A DNA stretch of 58,456 nucleotides, counting the filler, from Bipalium vagum (Eukaryota): assembly GCA_037834085.1 (NCBI GenBank). It is 3 parts of 3 records of this genome, joined end to end, with 100 filler letters (N's around TTAATTAATTAA, not from the genome) between each part and the next. Parts side by side here need not be neighbours in the genome. Positions count along the whole stretch, not along the records: positions 17,783 to 40,734 come from JBBMKC010215030.1; positions 40,835 to 58,456 come from JBBMKC010058534.1; 1 more part is not named here. One strand, written 5' to 3'. Under the pieces are notes generated by a model that was not told where the DNA came from, searched no databases, and was given only the letters and a program-made list of their open reading frames with translations. The position numbers and the translations under genes were made by a program. This document shows, in pieces, positions 37,401 to 50,999 of this stretch. Numbering within the stretch: the stretch's first letter is position 1; the number at the start of each line of letters is the position of its first letter.

Positions 37401-40400
37401 AATTTTGGGCGTTTTGTCGAAAAAAATTGAAATAAACTGAATAATAGTTTTAAAAAAAAATATTTTTTCTAATTTTTGAAACATTCTCAAATGAAAATAT
37501 TATCATAAATTTAAATTAATCAATTTTCAAATTTTTCGAAAAAAAATAATTCTGCCAAATCAAAAAAATCAATTAACACCGAATCTTGTTGTTTATTTCA
37601 ATTTGAATTTTCGTAAATAATTTTATTTTTTTTATGAAGAATGGTTGATTTTTTAAATAATAATTGTTTAAAATTCATTGAACGAAATCTGTTATTTTTG
37701 TTTTTATTTTTATGAAAAATATTTTCCAATTTAAATGATTTATAAATTAAATAATTCAATAAATTAATAGACATTTCAATAGAACACAGTTGAAACTAAA
37801 ACAAATATATTTATGACTTGAATTTTAATTATATGAATTAAATTAATTTTGTTTATAAAAAGAACCAAATATTTCGAATTCATTTTTGCTTGATATTTAA
37901 TCAATCATTTCAACATTTTTATATATGGAATTTGCAACGAAGGTTCAGAAATTGTTTTCTATTTAAAAAAAATAAAAATATTGAAAACTCAACCCATAAT
38001 AATAATAATAATAAATAATATTTGGAAAGAAGGAGGATTAGGAAAATTGGTAAACAAAATTAGTGTCCGTCTACTTATTGAGACATCCCACGCATGGGCA
38101 ATGTAAATGAAACTTGGGAAATATTTCTTGTTTTAATTTCAATTTGTGAAGGGACAAGGAAACGGAAATGATAAAATAAAAATCTTTAAATTAAGAAGGG
38201 TTTTTTGTTTGTTTTATTGAATTCAAAAAATACCTTCATTAATTAAATATATAATGATTATTTTAAAGTAAAGATAAAAAACCGATAAAATTTTCTCAAC
38301 CTAAAATCTAAAGAAATTATAAAAATGTCATAAAAATTTGTAGAATAGAAACATTAAAATATATTTTATGGCCATCAGTGTTGATGGGGTGTTCAGAATT
38401 AAATTATATTAAATTAAATTCATTTTTTATTGGTGAATTTATTTTAGTATTTAAAAAGAAATAATTTTAATGCTGTAACGATGTGTAAAATAGTTCGTAA
38501 ATAAACAGTCTTAAAAATTTTAATTAATTTTAATAATGTTATTTAAAATTTAAAAATGTAAAAAATTACGATCATATAAAATATAATTTTTAATTAAGAC
38601 AGTTAAATTTTCAAAATATTTTATTAAAACATTTTATCATGTACACGGTGGTTATAAAGTAATTATCAGATTTTGGAGCTAAGCAAAATATATTTTCCAT
38701 AATTAAATATGTTCAATTTACTTTTTTTTCTAAGAAATAGAATTTCCAAAATTTAATGTAAATGTTTAATTGTTTTAATAAATCGATATTAGCGATTTTA
38801 ATTGAAGTAAATTTAAATTTTAATGATTAATTTTAATGAAAAATGCAAGAATGCAAATTGTTTTACTGATACTTAAGATGTAACCAGGCACATTAGTCAG
38901 ACGGCATTTAGGACACTTAAAATGGAAAAGGATACGTCTAACGAGAGCAACGAAGGAGATATTTGTAAATTTCAAAGGTACTGGAAGTGTTTATTATGTT
39001 TAAGAGTCTGATAGACCATCAATTGAAGATGAAAAGATGTGTAAAAACGTTTTGAATGACTCTTATAATCGCTTTAAGTACATAAGTTATTGGTTATGCC
39101 TTCGGAAAATATAAAATGTTAATATTAATAGATAAATGTTACTTTGTAAAATTTGCAGTCTTCTGTTGAAAATATTTTTTGCGGTATGAAATTTGAAAAA
39201 AATCGGATACTCACTTTTACACACCCGGAATTGTGATATGGAACATTAATACAACCAACGTCAAAATATGTATTAGTAGTACGAGTAGTAGTTGTATCTT
39301 TTAATTGTTTACATCCAATGAAACTGTTAGTGATGTTAATGTTGCTCACCTACGACATTTAATGTCTATTTTCAGATAATCAAATTTCCTTCATTTTCAT
39401 CATCTTACTTTGTCTTGTTTTTAGTTCTTGTTCAGACAAATAATCTTTTTTTCTTATTATTTCAAAAGGAAATCTTTCTTTTGCATTTTCATTATTGTAA
39501 TGCATTATTATTTATATCCTTCAAAAAACCATTACCGAACTGCCGGGCCATTGATAATGTGATATAAAACTTGTGATACATTTAAATAAAAATTGTAAAT
39601 GAAACTGAATAAAAAAAAAGAAAAAGATTTTATTGCTAAGAAAACATTGAATGATTCTTTAAATCAGAAATAATTGAATGTCACTTACAGAGATCAGTGA
39701 GTGATATGGAAAATTGGGGGAAGAAAATTTATACATTGATTGCAGAGAATAGTCAAATATATATTTTTCGAAAAATAATTTTCCAAAATATCATCACAAA
39801 AGTAAGAGAAACTGAACGAGAGGACTCTTGTTTCACAATGAAAATCTTTCGCAGAAAAATAGTGTCTCCAGCAAGAAAAACCCATTTATAATCTTTTCAT
39901 TAAGTCAATGACTTTTATTTTCCTTCACTCGCAATTAGTGTATATTATTGAATTTGTAATATTACTTTGTTGATTCAAATTCAATTATCGAATGACCATT
40001 GACAGTGCAAAAAAATTATTGTCATTCTGACCGACCAAAGTCTCAAAATTCCCAATTTTTTCTATTTTCCCAGACAAATTCTCCCCATTGAAATTGCCAG
40101 AAAATTCGTTACCATTCAACATTCAGGCCCTGTTTGGCCATCTCCCGGAAAATAAAAATATTGAATTTTCAAAACATTATTAAATATGTCAAATGATTTT
40201 AAAGGATGATTTTCAGATGGAAACACTGTAGAGAAATTCAGCAATTTGATTGAAGTCACTTTTCACATTATATATCTGTATTTCTGACGAAAAATATTCA
40301 ATTATTGTCAATGACTGAGAAGAAAATTGTTTAGAAATTGAAGGAGAAATCTAATATTGAAAATTCGGTGTGGAGAAAGAAAATCCAATTGATAGAGAAA

Positions 40401-40595
40401 GGAATCATATTTATAACGTATCACACAGGGACCCTCACAACCATTTATTAGGTCGGTGATATATATATATATATATATACTGATATGTATATATTGAAGG
40501 AAGGCGTTTTTCTTTATCGTTTCACGGGATTTATTATTCTTGATAATAATGTCATATATTAGGTTGTGACTTAATTTTCCGTGATCTTGAATAAT

Positions 40596-40734
40596 AAAAA
40601 TAATAATAAAATAGTAACAATAAAATAATAATAATATGTATAATAATATTTATAATAATATTTATAATAATATTTATAATAATATTAATATTTATAATAA
40701 TATTAATATTTATAATAATACTTATAATAATATT
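40596..40734. repeat. AT-rich mini/microsatellite (TATTTATAATAA-like units) at contig end
   Basis: Direct reading. Confidence 0.85.
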
Positions 40735-40834
40735 NNNNNNNNNNNNNNNNNNNNNNNNNNNNNNNNNNNNNNNNNNNNTTAATTAATTAANNNNNNNNNN
40801 NNNNNNNNNNNNNNNNNNNNNNNNNNNNNNNNNN
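40735..40834. other. Assembly spacer N44-TTAATTAATTAA-N44
   Basis: Identical to the spacer at 17683. Confidence 0.97.
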
Positions 40835-42829
40835 GAAAAAATAAAATAAACATTAAAATCACAACTTATATAAAATAATCATCAAAATACAAAGGGTTTT
40901 TATTAACCGATGAAATGTTTTTATTAAAATTTAAATCACAATTTTAAGAGTTTTTTGTGCTTTTTTCCTGGAGTCTCCACAATTTTTATGAAATTTTAAT
41001 TATTCTAAAGACTGTCAAACCATCATATTGTATCTTAATAGTGATCTAAGTCTTAATTTTTTCAGATATTTTAATTTATTTTATTTATTCTCTTACTAAT
41101 AAATTATTTTTGATCACTACGTTCCCTTCATTCAAAAATAGTAAAATTTCATTGAAGATTATTGATCGATTTATTTAACGATATTTTGAAAATTATGTAT
41201 TTATTATTTCCCTGTATATTTTTTTTCAGTAAAAAAAATATTAATTTTAATATATTTATTTTTTAATTAATAAATTAAATGAAATCTGTCAAATTCGGTT
41301 TAGTTAAAATAGAAAACCGTTGGTGTAAAATAATTATTAATTAAATTATTAATTCTTTTAAGAAAAAATAAAATACACATTTTTACAAACATTTCCATCA
41401 TAAATCGAAAGAAAAAGAAAAATATTTTTTGATTTATTCAAAAATTTAAATCCTTCAAAGGTTCATTAAAACAAATTTTGATCATTAGTTATAATTACAA
41501 AATTTAAAAATATATTATGTCAAAATTATTAGTTATTAATAAATCATTTAATAAATTTTATATTAACATAAATTTTCATGAAGTTATTACAGTTTTGTTT
41601 GACTTAAAAATGTCTACATAAAATCAAATTAAAAAATGTAAATATTTTATTTCGTTTCTAATTAAGGTTTTTCTTTGAATATTTTCAATTTTATTTCCTT
41701 TCAAAATACAATCATTCTTTTATGTTGTCCAGTAAATATTTACTTAATTGTGTTCTCCTGGTCAAAGTAAATCAGAAAATAGAGTTTAACATTATAAAAT
41801 TTTCAACCGGAATTCTAATTTATCCTGAATTATTAACAGATGATAATTACAAATGAATAATTTGTTTTCAGATTAATTAGTGAATAAATTAAATTAGGAA
41901 TGTCTGTAATCTTTTTTTCCAGTATCATGAGCAATTAAGACAAAAAAATAAAATAATATTAATAAAAATAAAAATAAGAATAAGAATAATAATAATAAGA
42001 AGAAGAAGAAGAAGAAGAAGAAAAAATGAAAATGAAAAAGAAAATGAATTGAATAGGAGAATGAATAGAAAAATAAATGAAAGGAAAAAGAATAATAATA
42101 TTTGATAATAATAATAATAATTAATAATAATAATAATACTAAACAATTGATAAATACATTTAACATCTTATTATAAACTTGAAATTAACATTTTAATTAA
42201 ATTAATATTTAAGTTACATTTAAGTTACATAATCATAATTTATAAATGTCAAAATTTTTTAATATTTTTAAAGATGTAAAATAAGTGTTAATTAATTTTA
42301 AATTTTATTTATGTAAATTTAACTTATATTTATATCGGAATCAGATCTTAATATGAAAATCAATATCAGTAAATTAACAGATAATCAATAAATAAAAAAG
42401 TTTTTATGATTTGTAGAGTAAACTATCTATAATTTATTTTAAAATGAAAACGAAAAAAAAAGAATTAATCGTCTAAAAGATAAAAAAATTACAGTTAATG
42501 TCGACTAAGCAATAAAAAGATATAAATAAATTAAATAATGAAACGGTCGCAGCTAAAATTCTGGTATTTTTTCATTTCCTGTTGCATCAATTAATAAGAA
42601 AAAAAGAATCCTGTCTTGTAATGTAATAAATCAACAATCGGAAATTTGGAAACGTTGCATCTCTGAAAGAACTTGATTTTTGTAATTTAATGAATTAATT
42701 ATTTAAAAGCTTATTTTTTTCAATTTCTTTCAATTCAAAGTAGAAAATTTTGATTTTGATCATTTCAAAATTTTATACTTTTATGGAATTTTAAATAAAA
42801 CTTAAATCATTAATTAAGAATAAAATATG

Positions 42830-43240
42830 CTTATGGACGGCCATTGGATTATTCTAGAGAGTTTTAACTTGGAAGTGGAGGTAACCTACGATTTCCTAAA
42901 AAACATTTATTTCTGAATGTATACGTCGCCACGACGTCATGTTAACCGATCCCCAGATGATAAAACTTGATACCACTAAACTTCTTTCTTTGGAACTATT
43001 TTAAGCATAAAATTCATATCAACAAACCAAAAACCATTGATGAGTGAAATAAGAAAATCGAAGCATAATTGTGAAATTTCCCGACAAATGTGCCGAAATT
43101 TCACAAAGAATTTTATATTTGCTGTCAAGCATATAACAGATGTTTATTTCACAAATAACCTCAATTCTCGTAATTTCATAAAATTCTCAACATTTTAAAT
43201 GTTGTAAAATTAAACGTGCCAGTCTTCTGGAAGCACTCTA
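42830..43240 (+). mobile_element. DD41D-type Tc1/mariner C-terminal remnant
   Basis: Degenerate QDG..HY...FP..WIGR...WPPRSPDLTPLDFFLW.Y.K.K..NKPKTIDE; the segment LIPLNFFLWNYFKHKIHINKPKTIDE is readable. Confidence 0.65.
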
Positions 43241-44561
43241 AATAATAACAAATATAATTATAGATTTTCCAGTTAAAAAAATTTCAATAACATTTTAAGT
43301 CATTGGAATTTATATGGAAGATAATTTCAACTCTAATAACGTCCACAAAGGGATTGGAATGGAAGTCTTATCTTCAAACCTTGGCTAATTCAGCACCCCA
43401 AAACCAATACTACACAAAACCTAAGTTTGACGACAATGTATATCAACTTAAACCTCAGTATAGTTTTGGATAATATTTTCTGGACATTGAAGTTGATGTT
43501 CAGTATAATAAATACATTCGTTAAACTTTTATTTATTTATTTTATTTTTTCAAACATCTGTGATGACATATTTAACACTAAAAAAATTATGTTTAATCAT
43601 TAAAAATGCTTTTGGAAAATTCTTTCGATAATATGAACCTTAATGAATTTACCGTCAATTTTCATTGACAAGACTACAACCACTGCAGTGATAAATAATT
43701 TAAAACGGCATTACGATAACAATCTATATCACTTTTGTAACTTATTTAATGATTTTAATTATTTCTTTGGTGTAAAAGATTGCCAATTTTTTAGATTTTC
43801 ATTTATTTTCATTTTTAATGCTTTTAATGGGCATTTATTCTAGTAACACTATCCTCAAGTATCCCCATGCTGTTCTTAAAGAATATGTCTTGAACCTCTG
43901 TAGAAGGACTCCAGTGTTCCTCATTTGTCAATGTTGAAGAAATGAAATAGTCTGAGTTTCCTGTTTCTTTCATAAATTATGTGAAAATCATAATAATCTC
44001 TATATATCCTTGTTCTGCGGACTGTTTAACAATTAAATAACTCAATTAAGTCATTGAGTTCAGATTTGAAATTGTTACATTCGTTATATTTGTTATTAGG
44101 AAAAATTAATGCCTAATTAATTAGAGATAAAGTCTTAATTAAAATAAATAGCAGAAAATGATATCACTGTAAATTCTCGGAAAAAGTAAACCCGCAAAAA
44201 ACAAAAAATTGCCCAGATTCACAAATTGTTTTAATAAAGTATCACTTTTTTATTTATTTATTATGTTAGCTGGAATAAATTAAATATCATTATACTAATA
44301 TTATATTTTTTAAAAATTACCAAATGCATTCACCTTATTATATATTATTGATTTGCTCACTCCTTATAGGGCTATTTTAAATCTTTATTCAAGTTTCCAG
44401 GTTCAATGATTTAATTAATTAATTAATTAAATCGATAAAGATATACTTTGAAATGACTTTTACTTTACAAGAATAAAAAAATATAAATATTAACATGTAA
44501 TTAATTTATATACTCAAAAATCCGGATAAATAAATAAATAAATTATTAATTTAATTAATTA

Positions 44562-44566
<5 letters not shown>

Positions 44567-44610
<44 letters not shown>
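44567..44610. repeat. (TTA)n microsatellite
   Basis: Direct reading. Confidence 0.95.
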
Positions 44611-44611
<1 letters not shown>

Positions 44612-44766
44612 AATTAATTTTAAAAATACTAAATTAAAAATTGGCCTTGAAAGTAAACCAGAAAAACCAACCGGAAGAATACTACAATTTAACCCTATTT
44701 TTTTAATAATAATTATTTTCTAAAAATTAATAAAAATATGCTTGAATTTATTTTTACTCTCGCTAG

Positions 44767-45027
44767 AACAATATAGAGATTGGACGACCTCTGGCGAGCC
44801 ATTTCGATCTGATCTGCACTCTAATTATCATACTCATTCAACCGATGTCAACATTGGAGAAGCAAATGACATAGACCCCACTCTTGTTTGGAGAATGGGA
44901 AAGCTTGGAAAAATTGGATCAAACAGGCTTCGATTGGACGATGATTTCTCTGACAGACTAAATTATCAAATCTCTAGCATTCTTATTTTTGTGCTAATCA
45001 GTGTCACAGGCGTTCGGCAATATTTCA
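44767..45027 (+). CDS. inx: Innexin (gap-junction protein), first identifiable coding exon (N-terminus and TM1); 5' boundary uncertain
   Basis: IDPTLVWRMGKLGKIGSNRLRLDDDFSDRLNYQISSILIFVLISVTGVRQYF. Donor A|GTGAGA at 45027/45028 (phase 1). Candidate acceptor tttttactctcgctAG ends at 44766. Confidence 0.85.
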
Positions 45028-45419
45028 GTGAGATAAATTTTATTTCAGTAATAAATTATGAAAATCTGAAGATGATAATTGGAATTTTCGCACATTTATA
45101 TATTTATCTTCTAATAACCCATTTCACTATACAATCTCTCCTTTAAAAGGCGAAATTAGTGTCACTGGTCTTGTAAACATAAACTGATCTCCTGGAATAT
45201 TCAATCAACGGATATTGATTAAAATACACGTCTTGATGTTGGATATTAAAAAAATTTATCAATGAGATTTCAATATAGTCTAGAATAATAATTTATTCTT
45301 TAAATCAAAGCTTTTCAATAAAAATTTCATAAATAAATAATGTCATTTATTATATTATATATCATAATACCACATTGATACATTTTGATCCTTTAATTCT
45401 ATATTATCTTCAGTCAACA

Positions 45420-45800
45420 TCCATACTGACAGATTGAAAGAAAAATTTGAAAAGTAGTGGCCAGCTTTGACAAACAGAAATAGAGTAATTCTTCATCATG
45501 ATAAAACACGGCAACACACCGCAAAGAAGACGCTCCAGAAAATTAAGAACCTCGGCCGGGAACTGTTATCTCATCCTCCTTATAGTCCTGACATCACGGC
45601 TTCTGACTGGCATATTTTCAGTGCAATGCAACATTTTTTGGTCTGAAAAAAAATGCAATTTTCATGAAGCTATAAATATAGCCATCCTAGACTTCTTCGA
45701 TTCCAAACCACAGGATTTTTATAAAGATGGCCTTATGAAATTAGTTTCTAAATGGAGTGAATGGAATAATAGAATAAAATCTGCGACTTCTTTTGTTATT
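45420..45800 (+). mobile_element. Mariner C-terminal remnant (in innexin intron)
   Basis: LHHDKTRQHTAKKTLQKIKNLGRELLSHPPYSPDITASDWHIF, then FFDSKPQDFYKDGLMKLVSKW after a frameshift. Confidence 0.9.
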
Positions 45801-46039
45801 AAAAGTTTTCCATATAAAACGACATTACTTATGTTCTACCTAATAATAATAACATAATATAATAACATATTGAACATATCCTTCATTTGTTATAATAATA
45901 TTTAATACCGTTGTTTTAATATTGTCTATATCGTCCATAATAAGCAAAACGTTTAAATTCAATTTGAAATCAAAGATCGATGTCAAATATAAACAATAAT
46001 TTTAAAAATTTGTCGTACTAAATTTATTTAACGTATTTA

Positions 46040-46345
46040 AAAATGAAAGAAAATTTCCCAAATGACTCTCATATTCAGTATTGTATGCTGTATAAGTTTA
46101 AATGAGGATCAGCTGCCACCAAAAATATAAACTATCTTTTCGGGGAAATGCTTTATGTTCGCAAATGCCAAACTTGGCAATGAAGATCTCAGTGTTGATA
46201 ATGATGTGTTAAAGACTGTCATCGAAACAGATCCTAGACAAAAATTAGAAGAATGGCCTGTTCTATTAAACTGTAGTGTCAGTGTGTATAGAACCACATA
46301 AAGAGATAGGTAAAAGCAATAAGTACCTGCATTGTGAATGGATTC
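46040..46345 (+). mobile_element. Mariner N-terminal remnant
   Basis: Degenerate LY.F...A....VDNDVLKTVIETDPRQKLEE. Confidence 0.6.
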
Positions 46346-48379
46346 ATGTATTTTCAAAATTACTTTTATGAGTTCAAAAGATTATGTGATCCATGAATTT
46401 CACTTATCACTATATCAGACTAATTATCACCGAGTGGAAATTTACTTGATATTAATAGATTTACCATTTTGATCAACTCGTTTGATAAAAGAGAATTTGA
46501 GAAGGGATCATTTTTATACTACCATGTACGAAAAAATATATATATGTATATATTGATGCTAAATGGACATAATGAATAAATGCAATTAGAAAAACTTAAT
46601 TTTCCCACTGGAATTAAAAGAGAAATATGAATTACATAATGCGAAACTGGAAGTGATCCTACAGACTGCGAACTAAAGTTAAACAAAAATCTCGTAAGAG
46701 GAATTAAAAAACTAATTAATTGAGACTTGAAAGTCATTAATATCAAGGTTTCAGTTTATTGTAAACACATCAGTTAAATGAATATCAATTATCTTTATTC
46801 CTTCTCTCAATCTGAATTCTGCAATGCGTTTCTCAATGTTTTTCAACTTTTTGCAAATTCGCTGTATCTGATATTTTTAAAGGAAACCATTTTTCACTTC
46901 AATTATTTGTTTAATAAGGGCGAATCGATGCAGATGATAAAAAACAGACTCTGTCCTCATAACAACAAAAATTTATTACTTTTTCTAATGGGGTTTCAGA
47001 AGTTTGAACATTTTTTGCTTTAAATTATTTCATAAATTAAAACAAGGAGAAAACAGAAAAAAATTAATTAAGAAATACGTTTAACTTTGATATTGATTTT
47101 AGGATTTATTGTAGAGTGAAGGTCTTTTTATAAAATTTATTTAGGTATATGAAACCAATTTCTTTAATACCCTTTTTATTATCAATTTTAAAAAGATTTC
47201 TCTTATTTACAAAATCAAAGTAAATATTTGAAATTTAAATAAAAATGTTAATAATTTGGAACAGATTATTGATCAAACTTTTTATCTGAACTCCGAAGGA
47301 GTGATTGTGTGCTTGCCTTACCCAAACCCTTTAAAACACCAATCAAAGCGGTAAACTTTATTTGATAGGACGACAATTTCTAAAAATCAGATCTATCAAT
47401 ATTAAGAGAATCTGTTTTGTGTCACACTGAAATAACAACAATATTATCACAAAATCTCAATGAATTGATAAAAGAATTTTTCAAAATTTAAGTTAGTCAA
47501 AAGTAAATCTTTAAAGTCACTCATGTTAGCCTAAAAATCTCTTCAAATAGCTCTGATTCACATGCTACATGTAATAAAGTAGCATGTCGAATAAAAGGAC
47601 AACGTTCATCACACCTTCTTACAAAACAGTAAAATAATTAAATTCAACTAATAATTATAAGTTTTTTGTAATTTACTGTTTTACTACCCTTTCCAAGTAG
47701 ATTTTACACAAATCCGCAATACACTGACAATCAATTTTTTTATATAGACCAGTCCAGTTTCTCTTATTCCTAGATTAATATAAAAAATAATTAAATATTA
47801 TCAAATTTATCGCTCAATTAATAATTTAGCTTCGGTTAGATTAGTTTTTAATTACACAATTCTACATGATTTTTATACTAGTTAGTTCTTCTTTACTACA
47901 CATTGAAAAGACGTCAGAGTTATAAAAAGCATCTATTCAAACAAAACATGATTATTTAACACGTAACTATACCAAAGATATAAATTTATGTACTCTATAT
48001 AACTTGATGCTTAGATTTCAAATATCTAAAAAAAACATTTCTATCATATCAGGGTTTTTATATAAATAAAAATCACACACTGATTACGTAATTATTTTAA
48101 AAAATGCCTTTTGTGACAATTTCTATCTTTAAAAAAATTACAATTCTGCTTGTTTAAATAATTACTCTAAATAGTTAACTTTTAAAATAAATTAATAAAT
48201 GTAAAAAATATTATAAATGTAAGTTAATTTTAGTAGAAATATGTGGAATCTACGTGTAGATATTTGAAATTACGATACACCATAACAAAAGGAAATACAT
48301 CAGTGATCCTTATTCATTTTGTTACATATTTGGAATTTTTATGATTTCAAAACTAAGAAAACATATTACCTTTTCAGTC

Positions 48380-48660
48380 AAGGATCTTTATTTTGCATAA
48401 TTTGGTATACAGTTGGGCGATTAGATAAATTATAGGCCCATATTTTGTATACTCAACATGCATCTTTTAATTAAAACACAATGAAAAAAGGCAAAGTGTT
48501 AAGCTTACCATTTGAAATTCCAATAATATGGAGAGAACAAGCAAATCATATTGATGATTGTTACTTCTGCATGTCCAACATTAAAGGGTTTGATTCAAAG
48601 AACAAGAAATCTGTAATATATCAAAAAACTGTTATTCCCACTTTTCATGGACTCTAAGAT
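48380..48660 (+). mobile_element. Chapaev3-like (CMC) transposase N-terminal fragment
   Basis: YFA*FGIQLGD*DK...SLPFEIPIIWREQANHIDDCYFCMSNIKGFDSKNKKSVIY. The GDQDK and P..WRE..NH..DCYFC motifs are visible; the family name is from memory. Confidence 0.6.
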
Positions 48661-49459
48661 CAATCAATAGATACTTAATCAGCTCCGAAACAAAAAAATC
48701 ATAACTAAATAAATTTTAACAAGATTCAATGCTATTTCATCAGTTAAGAATATTTATAGAATATTAAATTTAATCGTACCCTAATGTTGGTGTCGATTTT
48801 TTACATGATATTCTTAATTAAACATATTCATCTTATTGAGATGCCTGTAATTTTTCTAACTCATTAATAATAATTATCTCTTTAATTAGACCCCCTTTTG
48901 GTTTAAAAATTAATTATAATAAATAGAGAGGAAAATTTGCTCGAGTCTGCCTTAATTTCAACTGTTGTTAAAACTTGATTTATTGAGTAAATATAATTAA
49001 GAAAACCCTCACTGAATATTTTAAGGATACGAAAGTTATAGATTGAAAATTTATTTCATTTCGGCTACATGATCTTTTTTTATTTTTCTATTTAATTTAT
49101 TATAGTTTTTGAGACGTATAAACTCAGAATGATCAGAATCAAATTCCTGCCTGTAAGCAAGAACAGGAACTTGATGTCAATAGTTAACTTTTAAATTTTA
49201 ATAATTTAATATAAAATAATATGAAATTCTCTTGTTCTAACGTAATTATTTCCTAAAAATTTTAATAGAATTTTGGTATTTCCTCTTTATTATAAGACTA
49301 ATAGAAATATACTTTTTCTCTTTAAAAGGATTGTCTGTTCAGCTTTAAAATAAAGTCTAAGTATTAAAGTAGTTTCAATTAAACATTACTTTAACTATTA
49401 TATTTTCAATGTGGTTTATAATTTTTTTAATTTTTTAATTTATATTTTAAATTTAAATA

Positions 49460-50160
49460 TTAAGTGTCCACATAAGTTCTGGTCGATTTTTTTTAAAAAA
49501 AAGAAAAACTCGATATTTTTAACTTTAAATATATTTATTCATTCGCATTGGATGACTTTATCCGAATAGTTTTGCAATTTGGTAATTCCATTTTCATAAA
49601 AAATTGCTTATTGAGGAAGTAATTGGACATTTCCATTTTTAGATCGATTTCATTTGTGAACTTCTTTTCTTTCAAATGATTATCAAGATTAAGAAATAAA
49701 TGAAAATCTGTTGGCATGAGAAAAAGGAAATATGGTGTATGGTACATATTCTCTCACCTAAGTTGATATACTTTGTCCATAGTTTTTCCCACATAGGGCT
49801 GAACATTATCTTGAAGAAATAAAATCTTACTTCCGTTCACTAACCCGGCTTTTTACTAAAAAAAATTTTCAAAAACTTTCTCTAATTGAGCACAATAGAT
49901 GTTGTGGCCTATTGTTTCTTTCGATTTTGGAAGAGTTTATGTTAACGGTCTCCCAGATCTCGATGAATCATCCAGATTTAATCACCAGAACGAAACTTCT
50001 CTAAACAAAAACAAGCAACTCTTTCCTTTGCTAGACTTTCTCCAAATGCCGAACAATTTTTTACTGGCTTCTGATACTTTAAACCCAAGCGTAAATTCAT
50101 AAAGTAAGCAGAAATGAATGATTGAATTTCTGTCCGCCATTCTGACTACTAAAACACTTT
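49460..50160 (-). mobile_element. Mariner element, internally deleted
   Basis: N-terminus MADRNSIIHFCLLYEFTLG (from ~50140). LFLQDNVQP and HTPY....PTDFHLFLNLDNHLKEKKFTN. TIR-like ttaagtgtccacataagttctggtcgatttt at ~49460. Confidence 0.8.
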
Positions 50161-50177
50161 AAATATGAGTTAATAAT

Positions 50178-50360
50178 ACAATGAAACCTGCATAAATGAA
50201 CACCTTTGTTAGCTGAACACCTCTTTTATTTGAACATTTAATTCAGTACACTGTAAATATAAGTTATTGTCACCTGTGTTTATTGAAAACCTGTATACTT
50301 TAAAATTTGAACACTTTTTAAAAATTTTTTGAATTTAAATTACCTGTTAAATTCAAAAAA
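50178..50360 (+). mobile_element. pogo/Tigger-like terminus with subterminal repeats
   Basis: TA-caatgaaacctg start followed by repeated tgaacacct/acctgt..a.tgaa units. Confidence 0.45.
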
Positions 50361-50999
50361 AATTTTGAAATTTTGTTTAAATAATATAAATGACATCATA
50401 AATTTAAATTAAAATTATATTTACTATGTATTTAAGTATTTTAGAGAAAATAAAATGTCACCATGATTTGAAGAACGGTTTGTCCGTACGAGCTGTTGCT
50501 TAGAAATATAGAATCTCAATAGGCACTGCATCTAGTTTGAAAAATGTAAGGGACAAATAATGAAATATCTATTTAATAAATCGACAAGACCTTATGTGGA
50601 CTACGCTACCTGTTTTAGGCATAAAATTATAACTGTTCATCTCATTGAAACAAATGTCAAATGAATCAAGACACTGGAATTTAAATGGCAATGTCTAAGT
50701 TTACATCGTTTGAAAACCAACGCTTGAAAAAAAATATTTCAAAAATTATGAAGGAATCAAAATAAATGGAGTTTACCAAAAAAGAAAAATTTTAGTGGTA
50801 TTCACTAGATACAATGGTAGAATAAATATTTTCACACTGCCTTTAACTTAAACTAATTTTACAAATCCACAAAATTTTTTGTGATAATTAATAAAATCAG
50901 TATAATTTATTTTTATTATGTGCTTACATAAGAAATTAAAATTTTGTAAAATATCCATTATATAATTTATGTGATATTTTATATATTTATTATCATATT

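Noticed and set aside
41894-42166. Two hydrophobic minus-strand ORFs resembling membrane proteins
   Set aside because: Produced by (AAT)n, (AAG)n and A-rich low-complexity sequence.
44158-44175. ATGATATCACT|GTAAAT as the innexin first coding exon
   Set aside because: Phase-compatible only with a weaker alternative acceptor (44776); such motifs arise easily by chance in AT-rich DNA.
45498-45857. 119-aa ORF as a nested host gene
   Set aside because: A frameshift chimera of a mariner transposase relic.
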